A stretch of DNA of 64,000 nucleotides from Bugula neritina (lineage: Eukaryota; Animalia; Bryozoa). The notes below the pieces were generated by a model. The model saw only the letters and a program-made list of their open reading frames with translations, did no database searches and was not told the origin of the DNA. Shown here one piece after another: positions 24,101 to 43,811 of the stretch. The stretch spans positions 1 through 64,000 of the forward strand of contig CAXIUT010000289.1 of the NCBI GenBank assembly GCA_964035545.1. Direction: 5' to 3'. Within the stretch, counting starts at the first letter, position 1. Each line of letters begins with the position of its first letter. The position numbers were made by a program, and so were the translations under genes.

Positions 24101-27100
24101 AAAGACAGCAACTTATGATTAACTTTCATAGTGCTAGTCTTTGGATTGTCAAGTTTTTTTCAAACCTATGTTAAAAGAAACCTAATTTTTGGTTCAACCA
24201 GCCCCACTTTCCTGTATTTTATCTAATAATGTTGGTTATATCAGTTGTTATAAACACCAAATCATAATTTCTAAAACTTCATCTGAAGCAATAACAAGTT
24301 CTGATGTTATCTTACATGATATAATCGATGCAGACTTATTTTACATTCATTTCACAATATAGAAATATGTTTGAGAATGCAAGTAGCTTGTCAGTTTCCA
24401 ATCAAAATATTACACAGGCAAGCAAGTGTGTCATGTAATGACAATTGTGCCAACAGAAAATCGAAAATTATAGCACCAATTAAAATGATAGACTTTGGGG
24501 CAATAACTTATAGGGAGGTATTTATAGATAGAATGGGTACTTAAAATTGCGAGAGGGATGAAGGTTGGTGTTACCCTGAGAGTGTGCTTAGTGCAGCTAA
24601 TGATGATTAACGTAGCAGTGCTCTAGAGTATAGATTATAGAATGTTAACTTAACATAGCTGTGCTAGAGTATAGATTGCAAAATATAGTGTGCAGTGCTG
24701 TACAAAGTATAGCATATAAGTTAGGAATTATAAAATGACTATACTGCTGATTTTGTGTCTATACAGTTGAGTATTACCACTGCAAACCTTTTAAGCCTAC
24801 ACAGAAGTATTAGTATCTTACTGCAGGTGCTGAATAGAAGTGGGAGTTGGTTTGCAATACTGCTGCTCTCAATGCACTCTTTGAGCCAGAAGGCTAAGCA
24901 TAGTTTGGAACTTAAGCTAAGCTTCTCTACGACTGTAATATTATTATTAATAAAGATCAGACTGTATTACATGTGTATATTATCGATAATCAGTATGATT
25001 ATTGTATGTTGCAATTCTCCCAGATTCAGGGACAGAAATGTGTTTTCTTTGGTAGTTTCAACCACTACAACTTTTCCTTTACAAAAAAAAGTAAGTGACA
25101 AAATGAGTAAAGGTATTACCTATGTTATGGTGAGAAGTTCTAAATAACATTTTTTAACTACATCATACAACATGTAGTTAGTGCTGATCAGGAATTTTGT
25201 ATGTCTGAGTTTATACTTGCTATCCTGTAAGAACACCTGCATTCGAAAAAAAGTGAATACTACTAAAGGTTCCTCCTAACACATGATCACTAACGGCCTT
25301 ACTGAGATTCGAATCACTGACCTTGTGTTTACTAGGCCAGTGCTCTAACTGCATGCTAGACCTATATTGCTGCATGCTAACTGCATGCTAGACCTAACTC
25401 TAACTGCATGCTAGACCTACGTTGCTGCTGCCTTTCCCAGCAGTTAAAGTTACCTTTATTAAAATATTTTCTGTAGATTGTAGATATTGGCACTACTAAA
25501 CTCTATTCAGATCATCCTACTTTAAAGTTTTCAAGTTGAATCACAAACTGCAGATGAAGCTGTTGCAGGATGCAGAGCGTTCAGCTAATATAGATCTACT
25601 GATTACTGAATAAGACATTCGTATAATCTATTTAAAGGTTGCTGTTATCTTCTAGAATTCAGACTGTGAACTTACATGAGTGCTGAATAAAACCATGCCA
25701 CACCCTTCTATAGCTCCAGGGTGAACCTCTATGGCTATGGAGTCCCACAGAATTTCTGTGTTCTGTTGACATGAAAACTGGCTTCTGATGTAATAAAATG
25801 GAGGATGGCTGTTGTGAAAAGATCTGTATTCATCTCCCTTCATCACTACATAATTTTTATTATATTATATATGTTACATAATGTTAATTTAAAGAGATAC
25901 CCCTAATAGAAAGGGTTCTTGCTAAAGCAAGCTAAGAACTTGTTTTAATGAGACACAGGAGCAATTATGACTGGATGTTCTTCCTAACATCACCAATGGT
26001 CTTTGTCTGGGCTCAAACCCATGACCTCGTGTTTACATATAGGCATACGCTCTAACTCCTAGACCACAGCTGCTCCCTTACATTATATTATATTACATTA
26101 TATTATATTAAATTGTATCAAACTGTATTATATTATATTACATGATACTATTATATTAAATTGTATTATATTATACTATATCATATATTATATCACATTA
26201 TATGTTTTAGAACTGCTCAAAGTAACATAAAATAGAGTTGATATTGACTAAATATAAGCCACAGTCTTGAAACAAACATATCACTGTACGTGGTGTCATG
26301 CATTCATATTAGAAGTTGTTGTATAGTTTAAATGAGTCATCAAAACTGCCATGCAGCTTAAGTGTAACAAAACAACGTACAGTTCAACAATTTCTGGAGC
26401 ACATCTGTCACATTAGTCAACTATAAACTCAATTTAAATGAAATTAAACTGAACTTTAGGTGATTATTTCACTTTCAACAGCTGATTACTGCACTCATCA
26501 AATTTATAGATTTGATCAGGTTTTACGAAATAGAAATTGAAGAATTTCAGACTCCCTAATGTGCTTAGATACAATAGTTTGCTAAAATTTGCAATAACAG
26601 TCATTCATCATTTTAACTAGCAGCAACGATTAAACTAATTAAATTTAAAACAGATAAGACTACTTTCAATTTTGTTTCAAGATCAGAGCTTTTGAAATGA
26701 CAAAAAAATATGAGCTGTAGAAACTTCTATGGAATTAGTGGGTATAGATATGCAGAAGTAAGACATAAATCTTGGCTTTGCATAATTAGTCATTGATGTA
26801 TTCACAGCCTCCAATTTCTTTTTGGTAGTTTTGTGGCTGAATTAGTTGCCAAACAACTTTTTACCATATTAGTTTCACTTATATACTAAATCATGCCGCA
26901 GTTTTAGCTTCTTTTGTTGATATCAGTTTGAAAATAATTCTTATGTCAATGATATGCACATCTATTTCTTAATTTCCCTTTGGAAAAAACTAAATGAAGG
27001 TTTCAATATTTTTAAAGTAATTGAAAACAACAAAGCTAAAATAAATAGCTTTTCTTTAAAACAAGTTGTTTTTGGAAAACTTTTGAAAAACCCTTTGCTA

Positions 27101-27299
27101 ATGAAATAAAGCGATGGCTATTTATTATAAAAAAACATTGACTTTCAATGTTGAATATCGTAAAATAGTAACTTAGCTAAAAATGCTGTAGAATTGCTAA
27201 ACAATGCTAAAAGCAACTCTTAGCAAAAGACTTACCACTGACTTGCAAGGCTATTAAGAAGATGCATGATATAAGCCTTAATAAACTGGAGAGCTCCAT
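21119..27299 (-). CDS. Orphan type-I membrane protein A (about 341 aa): 6-Cys ectodomain, Pro/Thr stalk, TM, short tail
   Basis: Phase-consistent exons 27236-27299 (signal MELSSLLRLISCIFLIALQVS), 25676-25845, 24822-24893, 22701-22908, 21936-22115, 21518-21637, 21119-21330 (TM VIISSSVAAIAVLLLALVIVI then KRRK). Confidence 0.75.
22607..22725. repeat. 29-bp tandem repeat, 4 copies, each containing a 5' splice site
   Basis: aacttacctttacaagagtacaccaggtg; the minus strand reads AAAG|GTAAGT in every copy. Confidence 0.9.
25270..25432 (-). mobile_element. Degraded tRNA-SINE copy with internal duplication
   Basis: Shares tcctaaca, gacc..gtgtttac and gctctaact with the 26-kb copy; repeated taactgcatgctagaccta. 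Confidence 0.5.
25943..26078 (-). mobile_element. tRNA-derived SINE (same family as 6568-6733)
   Basis: A-box TGGTCTAGGAG, B-box GGTTTGAGCCC; body near-identical to the 6.6-kb copy. Confidence 0.85.
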
Positions 27300-28035
27300 C
27301 TAGATGCTTTATAAACATTGAAACTAATAGCTTAAACAAGATGAGAGCTAGTTTCCCTTCATCTCTGCTCGATATCTACAGATGAATTAATGGCAGAAGA
27401 TGCATGCATCACCAGATTATCACTGTAGCACTAGTTGCTATGGTAACAGACTGATGATTCATCTCCCAACAATCTGAATACTTCCAGGAGAATAGCTAAA
27501 GCATAGAGTAATTGAATTCACAATTTCCTGCAAATTAATAGACAATATTCTTAGCTAAACCTTCTGATTCTAAATACTAAATGTTTTTTAAGCAATGCAA
27601 GTCATTTAATTTCTTATCTGTTGTTTTTATAGTGTTATTTAACATGAAGTGATTCAAAAAAATTAGCTTTGATGAAGAATATATTATAATATTTTATAGT
27701 TATGTTTTATAATTACTGTAAAATGTAAAATATGTAAGCTAGTACTCTGGTACATATAATTATTACATTATATTTACCTGTGTGCACCTTTTTTCTCTAC
27801 AGCTTATTATAATATTGGTATTTTTTTCAAAATGTTTTTGCCAACACTATGTTAAAGCCAATTCCTTAGTTTGAAGAAAAATTTGAATGCATAAAGGAAT
27901 GTTAGCTTACAGATCAGATTTCCTCCACAAGCTACATAATACTGATCAGCTTTGAGAACTAATTGCTTTGATTGATTCATATTTCAAGTCTTTCACAAGA
28001 CTCCAGAACTTTCTCTGTTTGCCTATTTTATTGTA

Positions 28036-29250
28036 GGGGTAAGGGGGGGCACAATGGATTGATTTTTTGAATTTTTTGCTCTCATTCATCTGTTTTTCAA
28101 GTTTTTAGTTTAATAATCTTTAGTCTAAATGCAACACCAGTTGTCTATTATAGGCATCAGTTTGTTGTTTCTATCTCTTTCACAACTTTCAGAATCACGA
28201 AATTGCCATGGCGAAAAAACCGGCCCATTGTGCCCCTGTACCAGGGTACATTGGGCCACTGGGTGAGACACAACAAATATATTGAAACTTTGCTGATTTG
28301 ATTGTATCTAATCTTTATTTATTTAATATACACAATTAAATAAAAATACTCTTTCCGATCTACAGCAAAAATCATGTTTTAGCTGTACCGTTTGGGCACC
28401 CACAGATAGCAGGGGAGGCAAAATGAAATGCACATTACTCATTTCTACGGTGCCATCACCATTATTGTTTAGAACTAAAAATGTTTCTTCTATTTCCACT
28501 TCACAGGAACTTTCATCAGAAAAAACTTTATTAACATATACTACAAAACTCCAGGTGGACTTTTTTCTATGAACTATAGCTAAGGTGCATGGCTTCAGTT
28601 TATGGCTAGAGTTTGGAAAGGGGCAGGGAGGAGATGAGCAACACAATTTATTTTAGTCAAATACATTATGGCAAAGCTATAAGCTCACCAGGTGTATATT
28701 TTAAGGCAGCTTAACTTGTAGTTTGGTAGTCTTACTGCGGTGTCTTTGATATTTTATAATAAAAAGGTTAGAAATGGCTATATCTATAGATATGTTTAAC
28801 ATTTCAACCAACTTTTTGAGCAAACAAACTAATAACAGTGATAAGGGTGCAATGGTCAGGTGGCTCATTGTGCCTGTGTGGCCAATTTGAAAATAAATGT
28901 GGCTCAAAGAAAATTTATCTTAGAGTTTGCTATTATACTAATTAAGCAATGTAGAGAAAACATATGTAAAGACAATGACAACAATATCAGTAAAAATAGG
29001 CTTGTTACTTTTGAGTGTAAAAAGTTTTAAAGCTTTAATGACATCTTGAAAACTTTGCAAGAAGTAGGTAATAACAGTTTTTGACTTGCCTTTTCTACAT
29101 GCATGCTCCGTAAGTGTTGAAACCACAAAGGCTGAATAATTATATCATTACCTTTTTATTAAAAAAACTCACAGCTTCAAGTCAATAAGTTCTCTCATAA
29201 TTTGACCGAGTGTTTGTACCCCTATGACCGTTGTGCCCTTCCCTTTTCCC
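28036..29250. mobile_element. Internally deleted Tc1/pogo-like DNA transposon
   Basis: TA-flanked imperfect TIRs ggggtaagggggggcacaatgg / ccgttgtgcccttcccttttccc; internal cattgtgcc repeats; decayed ORF at 28323-28646. Confidence 0.55.
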
Positions 29251-30303
29251 TATGGGATAATTCATAATATTTTATTTCTCATACATTGAAATATAGCAAT
29301 TTAATTGGATAAAAGACACTAACAGTCTGATATTGGTGCAGTGTTGAAGAAATCAGGAATGACAAGTGTTTGAGATAAAAAACATAGTAAAAGAAGTTGT
29401 GTTATCACAATTATCTTATCAACAGCCTCATGCAGACTAAAATTATTTGAAGAAATTAAAAAATTTGGTGTCATTTATATATTGAGTGAAAGTTTTAAAA
29501 ATTATTATTGCAGTAGGAATTGAAAAAAATTCTGAGATATATCCAAGCTGCATACTGTTTGGTGTTAGACATCATAACAGCTTGAAGGCATTTCACCTTA
29601 CAATTTGAATAAATTATGTATTTGAAAAACCTATGTTAAAGAGGTATATTTTATCTATGTATATATTGTGTTGTTATCAAAATGCTTATTATGATACAGT
29701 ACATATATAAGAAGTGAAGCAAAATGTTTAGAAATTGTATTATGGGATACGTATAATAATGCATGATTATAACTTAGTATAACAAAACTCAATTATATTT
29801 TATAATCTCACACTATAGCTTTCAATTTTTGCTAAAACTCTTTGTTATTTGTAGAGGTTTCTTCCAATAGCCATGCTTCTTACCAAAAGGTAGCTTTGTA
29901 CATCAGAGTTTTAGCAAGCTTGTTGGCAGGTTTAGCTGCTGCTGGTATAAAAGATTTATGAACATAAAGTGCTTGGCAAGTGAATGTTACTTTTCTCCGT
30001 ATATGAGTAGAGAAAACTTAAAACTAAAAGTAAACTGTTAAGAAACTAGGGTAAGTTAATTAAATAACCTTGGTTTTGCTAATCATGTCAGCTTAACACT
30101 ATATTGAGATCTCACTCATTCTATTAGGTGAGTTACAAATCTTTTTGCTGTATCCCATTATTTCAAATAAACTAGACTGAGTTTTAAAGGTATTTGTGCT
30201 ACTTGTGAGCGTTTATTTTACTTACTAGTAATGAAATTGATGCACCAAGTAAGGAGTTTTATATCAGAATAAAATTTATTATAGTGGAGACATTTACAGC
30301 AGA

Positions 30304-35783
<5,480 letters not shown>

Positions 35784-36566
35784 ATAAATAATGCATATCC
35801 CAGTTACCTGCTTTATTTGAGGCATGGTTAAAAAGTACTTATGTTTGCTCATCTTTTGAGGATATTTTGAATTTAGCTGTTGTGTTTTTTTTAAATTAAT
35901 TCACAGAATTGTCAAATAAACTTCATTTTTGCTTTTGTTTTAATTCATTTTTTCAGACTGTTTACTGCTTAATAACTAAAAAATTTTGCCTGTTACAATT
36001 TTTATGCTGCTAAAAAAATAAAACACTTTAATTTTGGTTTTGTACTTTGTAAAACGCCAACCTATAAGCCTAAAAGTCAAAAACAAGAGTATAGCAGTAT
36101 TGGTAAAGCTTTTTATAGATGCAGTTTAAAAATTCAAATGCAAAGGAATATATTCTAGTTATGAAAAAAGAAATGGCAGTATTTAGATAGTTTCAGTAGA
36201 CTATTAACACTAGACCCTGTGACAGCCATGTTTATTAGGTGGGCACAGCTGGGACTTCATTGAAGGTGTAAACACCATTGAATGTTTAATATCTTTGATC
36301 ATATATAGTATAAGTATTTGTAATGATATAGAAGAATTTGATCTTGTGGATGTCATTAAAGCAGTATAATAACATTAAAGTAACAGAAATCTTTATTCCC
36401 ACAAAGAATATTAATATCTAAATTGAAAATGAAAACATGTCTCTAGTCTACTAAATAGTTTGGTTATATGCACAAATCATATCAATAATATTGGTTGAGC
36501 AATTATTTACAATATTGCAAAATATATTATGTCCTATTTCACAAAAAATGTCTGAAGTATTTAGCT

Positions 36567-39500
36567 TCATTCATGCTTCTGATTGGTTGAATTTTTTGTC
36601 ACATCATATCCTGGTTGTCTGACTACTAACTTGTAATCTGGAATCAGATTCCTAGAATAAATGTTTAAAGGATTAAGTCAGTCAACATTTGCACATATAT
36701 TTGTTCTAGAGTAACATCATTAGCTATTATTTTATATTGTAAAACTATTAATACAATTTTGACTATAAATAATTTGAAGGTTCCAATCAAAAATTAGAGA
36801 GTCGATTGCTGCAGAGAAACAACTGCGTGATCTTCATATCATGTGAATACTCACCACTCATAGGTAGAGCACATACTTTAATATATTACGATTTGTATCA
36901 TAGAAGCACCTACTAGAGGACATATGTGTGTCACTTTAAATTCTATTTACAAGTTTATCGGTGTGGTTCACATGTATATAAATTTAACATCCAATGTTAG
37001 TGTTAGCCACGTAGTGTTACTTGAGAACTATATTAAATATCGCAATCAGTATTTGATGTGAGCTATCTTCATAACTCAATGTCAGAGAATATGCAGAAGG
37101 GAAGTCAGATTCTTACCAAATCGTCTGAGTGATTCACGTGCTCATCACTTTGATAGGCTGAGTTTGACATGGGGTTAGGGTACCTGTATGTCTCGGATAT
37201 CTCGTAGTCGTGGATAGAGTTGGCACCCGCCAAGTAAGACTTTTTCAGTCTGTCTGTCTTCTCTATTCGTCTTTGTTTAAATCTAGATAAAAAGAGAATA
37301 TTCGCTATAAAATACTGTTAGAATACTGTTATAAATTAACCGTTGAGCATGCAGACAACCATATACTTATAAGTTGTCGATTGCTTCATTATATGCGTAC
37401 GCACATGCACGCACGCACGCACACACACACACACACACATACTGAGTTGCACTTATAATTCACATACTTGTTGTAGGAATAGTTTATATAAAATAAAGTA
37501 AAACAAGAGTTGTCATACCTCACGCATAGCACAGTTGAGACCATTATAAGCAGAACTATGAACGCCGCCGTAGGAGCAACAATTACAATTATGAGGAGCT
37601 CTCCTTCCCATACAACACCTGAAACACACAAATCAACTATATCAGATTAATTCAATTTTCAGTTTTAGAACAATATTATTAATGGAAATATAAAATGATT
37701 ATATTATTAATTTAACTCAAGGTACCAATTAAAGCCTGTTTAAAATATTGCTTAGTCATGTTAACAATAGTTGAACAATTGTTATTCGTATAGCTGTTTA
37801 ATAAAATTCAGTGTAGTTGAATTTCATTAGTTTTGTTTTGTTTTTAAACATGTAATATATTATGTGCTGTATGTAAATCAAGGATAATTTTGGTTTTAAT
37901 CAACTGTTATGGTAGACTTGAAAACTTATTTTAGACAGTATGTGATATGTATAAGTTTTTCAAATAGCATGCAGCTTGTTTTATTAGATAGTGTTATGTA
38001 AATTGGTAAAGTTTAGTGGAAACTTCTCTTAGTGTTTAAACGAGCCCTGTACGTAGTAGTCTGCTGCTAACAGTAATGAGTTGCTATGGAGACCATGGCC
38101 ATTGCTATGGTTTTCGAATCTAATTGCTTTGTAATTTTGTACTGCATTTTAATGCTGATTTAAAGCACTGAATATTTATTGTATCAAGTAATCTGTGTGT
38201 CAAGGTCATGCTAGGTGTGAATCACATCCGGATATAAACCTACTAAGAACCTAGTTTAGTTTCAACACAACACACCACTAATTACTTGGTCTAAATCCAC
38301 GTCATATTATCAAGTTGTTTAGTAAAAACCTCTTCACTAGCAATATGAGAGGAATTTGACTGCTTCATCTTACGTTATTAAAAATTTCATGGAGGCAACA
38401 GTCTTAGAAGCGATTGAATAGTGTGAAAATTGGAAAATTAGTTTCTAATAAGGAATCAAATATTGAAAGCTTCAATTCTGTCTGGATACTTTAAGCAAAT
38501 CTAATCATACATTAAATTCCTACAACCATATATCACTAGAGCACAGTTGTACACACTTATACACACTGGTATCACTATAATGGTATTCTCTTCTCACACA
38601 GATAGCATTTGCTTAGTAATGACCCGGTAGCAAGTTTCTAATACAATTTCACTGATGAGGTCAAATGTGGCCAGTTTTTATTTGAAATGTAGTAGTTGTC
38701 ATGATCTCATAAATTTTAGTTTCCTATTTTTAGAAGCTTGAAAATTATGGCTAACTGGGAACAGGAATCATATAGAATGTGTTGTGAGATTAAAAATAAC
38801 TTGCTTATCTTTTTGTGATGTTGAGTCAACATCTTTTCTTTAAATTTATGAATTACTAGCAAACCAGGGTAAAATATAGTAATATCTTAAAACTGATGCA
38901 GAAAGATGTAAACAGCAATTAATTGAATGAATTTATGCCAATGCAATTAGTTTAAGTGAGCGAGTTTACGCACCAGTCTTAGTTCTATCAGTTGCTCCGA
39001 CATCAACAGATTGGTTGGCAGATTTAGTGGATGCTACCTCTCCACCAGAGGGAGCTGTCACTCCAGAAGACAGAGGTTTAGTTGGAGTTGGTGACTTTGT
39101 GGAAGTAGATGCAGGCATACTTAGATTTCTATTTGTTGTAGACGGTTGGGCTGCGGTAGTAGCAATACTAGATGATGTTGTATTTACTGAAGGGGTAGAT
39201 ACTTCTGACGCAGTAATAACAGTGTCACTAGTTGTAGTAGTTGTTGCAGTAGTTGTCGTTGTTGTAGTAGTCGTTGTGGCAGTTGTTGTAGTAGTTGGAA
39301 GAGGTGTGGTGGTGGGGGGCTGGGAGCTACCTGTAAATATATAATACACTCGTTCAGATTGGTTTAGACATATAACAGCTCAACAACGATATCTATAACT
39401 ACTCTTCAACTCACTGTCATACTCCGCAGTGATCTCTAAAGCTGGTAAATATGATCGAGGTATACTAAGGCCTGTTGTAGATGTCACTCGCTCTTCCTCA

Positions 39501-42500
39501 GTTGCAGCTGCAGCACTATTTGGCTTGGCTTTAGAAGAATACCCACCGTAAGTGATCCAGTAATCTGTGATAGCCTGTGGAACACCACATAAACCATAGT
39601 CGATTATAATCAATCAATCAATCAGACAGTAAAATCAATTATAGTTTAGCAGGCTTCAAATGAAGAAATGCTCTAAGTTATTTTTTTCAAGTTTCTCAAG
39701 TGGATGAAGACGTGTTAATTATTTGCAATATGCCAAATCTTTCACATGAAATGGTCAACTCTGTTCATTAAAGTCATACATTGCTTCTCTTGTGGTGAAA
39801 GAGTTATAATTACATTTTAAGTGCTTAGACTAAGCAAATGTCTAAAACTTTCTTTATTATTATCCAAGTGGTGATAATTGCTCTCGTAATAGTTTTAGTT
39901 GATAATTATTGTATGCATTGTTATGTAGCAGTTTATTTATTATACAATAGCGTGTGCTACATGTTGTTGGAGTTGTGTATCCACCTCTTTAAGTCTCATC
40001 AGAGCAAGGAAAACTTATTTAACACACATATCTTTTGTAACCACAGTTTGCTTACATCAGCACTCACAATAGTCACTTAGAGCCTATAATTCAGACTTTT
40101 TAGCCCTGCTAAACACACTGCAGGTTAAACTGCTACTAGTGCATGAATGAGGCTGATGCTTGTTGTTTATCAATAGATTGGTTGTATAGTATAGTTAATA
40201 AAACTTACTGACAATGCAACTGTAAAATGGATATTGGTCAAACTACAAACAGTATATGTATAACTTCAAGAAGTTCTTTACTAACAACTGTGACCAGTGT
40301 TTTCTAAATATATATTAATATAAAAATCATATCATTGTGGACCCTATTAACAAAAAAATGTTATTAACATGTTTTATATTCAGTTGAATGAAAATTTAGC
40401 AATTCTTTTGATGAAGTTATTTTTAGAGTGCCCCATAATAAAATGCTTCTCAATTAATTAACTAAAATTTTCCCAAGTAGAAGAAGTAATATTCACCATC
40501 ATATGGTATGACTAAATTTATGTACAGTAGGAAAACATTTTAATAGTTTAAGCCCTATAGTTGTCTTGAATAATTTTAGTTTGCAATTCCATTTAAAATA
40601 CTACAGGGAAAAAGAAGAACATAATTTGTTTTGCAGGAGCTATGATCATTCAGAACACCTGATTTCCCAATAGCAGAATGGTAACCATCAAGCATTGCAA
40701 TTGTTTTGACTAGTTGTAGCAGTATTACTGAATGTTATTTAATAAATATCGATGTTTTCTGTCGCTTGTTCTTCTCTCATATCTTTATTTCCTCATTATA
40801 CTTTGTTTTGAAATAATGTATAGAATACTTTAGATTCCCAAATGATAGGATGCAACATCTACCTGTCCAGGGTTCTTCAGTGTTCCAACAGGGTAAGTTA
40901 TTGGAATCCATAAACCAATAAGGTTGTCAACATCAACCTCCACTCTGGTGGGTAACGTATATGTGTTTATACTGTCAGCACTGCTGGGGACTACAGTCAC
41001 TGCTGACTCTATCAGAAGGCTGCCATTTGAATATTTCTTCCATATTTGAAGATCAAAGGGCTCTATAGAAGTTGGCAAGTATTTGACTTGTGTCAGGTTC
41101 TACAAGTATAATATAGTATAGTTAGTACAGTTACAACACAGCTACTACTGGCTGGTAACCATGGTTACATACTTATAGATTTAGTTAAATTGATACTTGC
41201 CATCTTATGACACCATAATCATAGTGATCACTGACAAAACAGCAAACATGGTGTGTTACTAATTTTATTTAGTTTGGGATTTTAATTGTGGGTGAAGATT
41301 TTAGGTTTCAACACAGGTAACAGTTCTTAGGTAGAAAACAATCTAATATAATATTATTACATTATGTAGAATTCTGATATAATAATTATATTAAACAAGG
41401 GTTGAGCTGATGTGTGGTTTTATTAACTTTGATCTTAACTAATGTAGAAGTAATCTTTCTAATTTCATCAAATATATCTGACATTTTAATGTTGACATAA
41501 ATGCTATTATAGCTATTAAAATTGTCAACTGTATGAACTATTGTTTATTGGAAATGACAAAAATTGTAATGATTGTCGATATATTTAAAATTTAAAGGAT
41601 CTTTTATCAAAGCTATAACATTTACAAAACACTATAAACTTTAAAATAGATCAACTGGCACGCCACCAACCTGTCGCTCACTGGTTGACACCAACAAGTA
41701 ATTAATGTATATTAATAACAAAACTAAAAAATTATAGAATCTCTTGGCTCTTGGATAAAGGTTTCCAATATAAAAGCATATAATATTAAGCTGTATTAGC
41801 AGGTTGACCTACATATATGATTCTTTAATAACAATAAATGATTAGGCAAGACTCTGTACAGGACCAAGTACAATTACAAGTCTCTATATAGCAAACAAAC
41901 TTGAAATGTTTCAAGTATATATACTTTCCTATAAGCAGCTACTATAATACAAAACATTGTCTCTAGATTCCAGTGAAAAGTGAATGATAATCAGGTGGTG
42001 ACGCTAACCTTCTATTTATACTTAACTTAATCATTAGAATACAATATAATATAGTTATCCACCATAACAGGCTTTGCATGAGAAGTCACCTGTGTGGCTA
42101 TAGACCCAGATTACCAAGGATTATATAGAGAAGTAAGACTTATATCTCATATTATTTGATATACACACGCCTAACATAATATCCTTAGCAACTCACCCCT
42201 CTGACTGTTGATCTCAGACTACCAAACACATGGGAGTAATAGAGAAAAGATCCAGGGGCTATGTTGTGTGGCTGAGCCTGCACGTCATCCATGCTCTGTA
42301 GAGTTGGGTACTTGTCGAAAGTGAAGTCAGGGTGGGAGATGACTACAGTCTCCAGTTGACTCACAGCAACTGAAATATCAAACTATCAGCTTATCAACAC
42401 ATTATGAATGTTACTCAAAACTGAATATTTAGTAGTTATATATTTCATCATTTGACAGTGTTTCAGTAAACCCCCACCCCTCTGCGTGCATGAAGCTGTG

Positions 42501-43811
42501 CTTTTACTTATAATTATGGCTATAGACGCTTTCTTAGACTCCAATTAATTATAATACAATTGGAAATTTTATCATAATTCTACTCCATAAAAGAAGAAAT
42601 GTATGTGCTAATAAGTAAATTACCATAGTCTATTACATCGTATATTGGCCTACTAAGTGTATTTCATCTCAGAAGTTGAAGCTTACATAGCACCCTATTA
42701 GCTAACAGTAAAAAACAATGAGAATGCAAGTGTTCCTTTTTCTATCTTTAGTTGACTTACACAACTAGTTTAAGTACCAATATCAGAGTCAGATTACTTA
42801 TAATTTTATCTAATAAAATTTCACAGAATGTAATATATCTAATATGATATAGGGCTACATGCAATGATAGTATAATGTCATGATATAATATAGTATGGCA
42901 TTGTAGTAAAATATATAAAAACTTGAATGCTGTAAACAAGTATTGCATGCATACTACAAGATATCCACATTATTAATCTTCGATTCTACCATAAAAACTA
43001 CAACATTTTGTTATATAAAATTGCAAACTAGTTTTTTGTTGCATCGATTGTTCATTATGTAGTTGAATAATGATTTGTGGAGCTGTAACAGCTTCTCAAC
43101 ATCTGCTGTTAACTGCTAACTGCTAACTGAGAGTAATGAACCAGTGAGCATTCGCTTGAAGAGGTGATTGTGACGATAATGGGCTGATTTTGGTACTGCC
43201 TGTGAGTCACTGTCTACTGACAGGTGAGAATAGAGACGGGAACAGGTTGTAACAGGTGCTAGCTTTTTCCAACAGAAGTATAACAAACTGGTGACAACAT
43301 TAATATCAATATAACTGATGGTATAATCTTCCAGGTGTATTTGTGAATTGGCATATCATCACCATACTGAAGAAGGAACAGTGATACGTACAGCACAGAT
43401 GACTAGTGCGTGTAGAAATATTACATCAGTCACATTATAGAGTTGTGTTATGATACAACAGACCAGCAGGGGGGAGGGGAGGGGGAGGAGGGGGTACCTA
43501 TGCTATTGGTCAAGAGTGCCAATATTTTTCAGTTATAGTATAGCAGTTCAACAACACAGCAATGGCAATGTTGAGTATGGTACTACAGTTACTAGCTTCA
43601 CACGTTGTGATAATTATGTAGAATAACCTCAACAGTATAGGCATGAGATGTCAAGTAACTAAAATTACAGCGGACAAGGGGGGGGGGGAGGTTATCATAA
43701 GGAAAAATTATTTGAACAAGTTGTTTGAAATGATATGAAAAAGAATCTGTATCAATGATTAAACTTACCAGATATACCTCCTAGAAAGATTGAAAACCAT
43801 ATCCAGCTCAT
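36567..43811 (-). CDS. Orphan type-I membrane protein B: Cys-free beta-rich ectodomain, mucin-like Thr stalk, TM, Tyr-rich tail
   Basis: Phase-consistent exons 43769-43811 (signal MSWIWFSIFLGGIS), 42197-42369, 40863-41099, 39415-39574, 38974-39330, 37519-37618 (TM), 37117-37282, last exon from 36651. The C-terminal frame is ambiguous. Confidence 0.78.

Noticed and set aside
25943-26078. tRNA gene
   Set aside because: A and B boxes are present but there is no convincing cloverleaf, and the 3' body is shared with other SINE copies.
43468-43692. G-runs, possible G-quadruplex
   Set aside because: Isolated intronic homopolymer runs with no supporting context.
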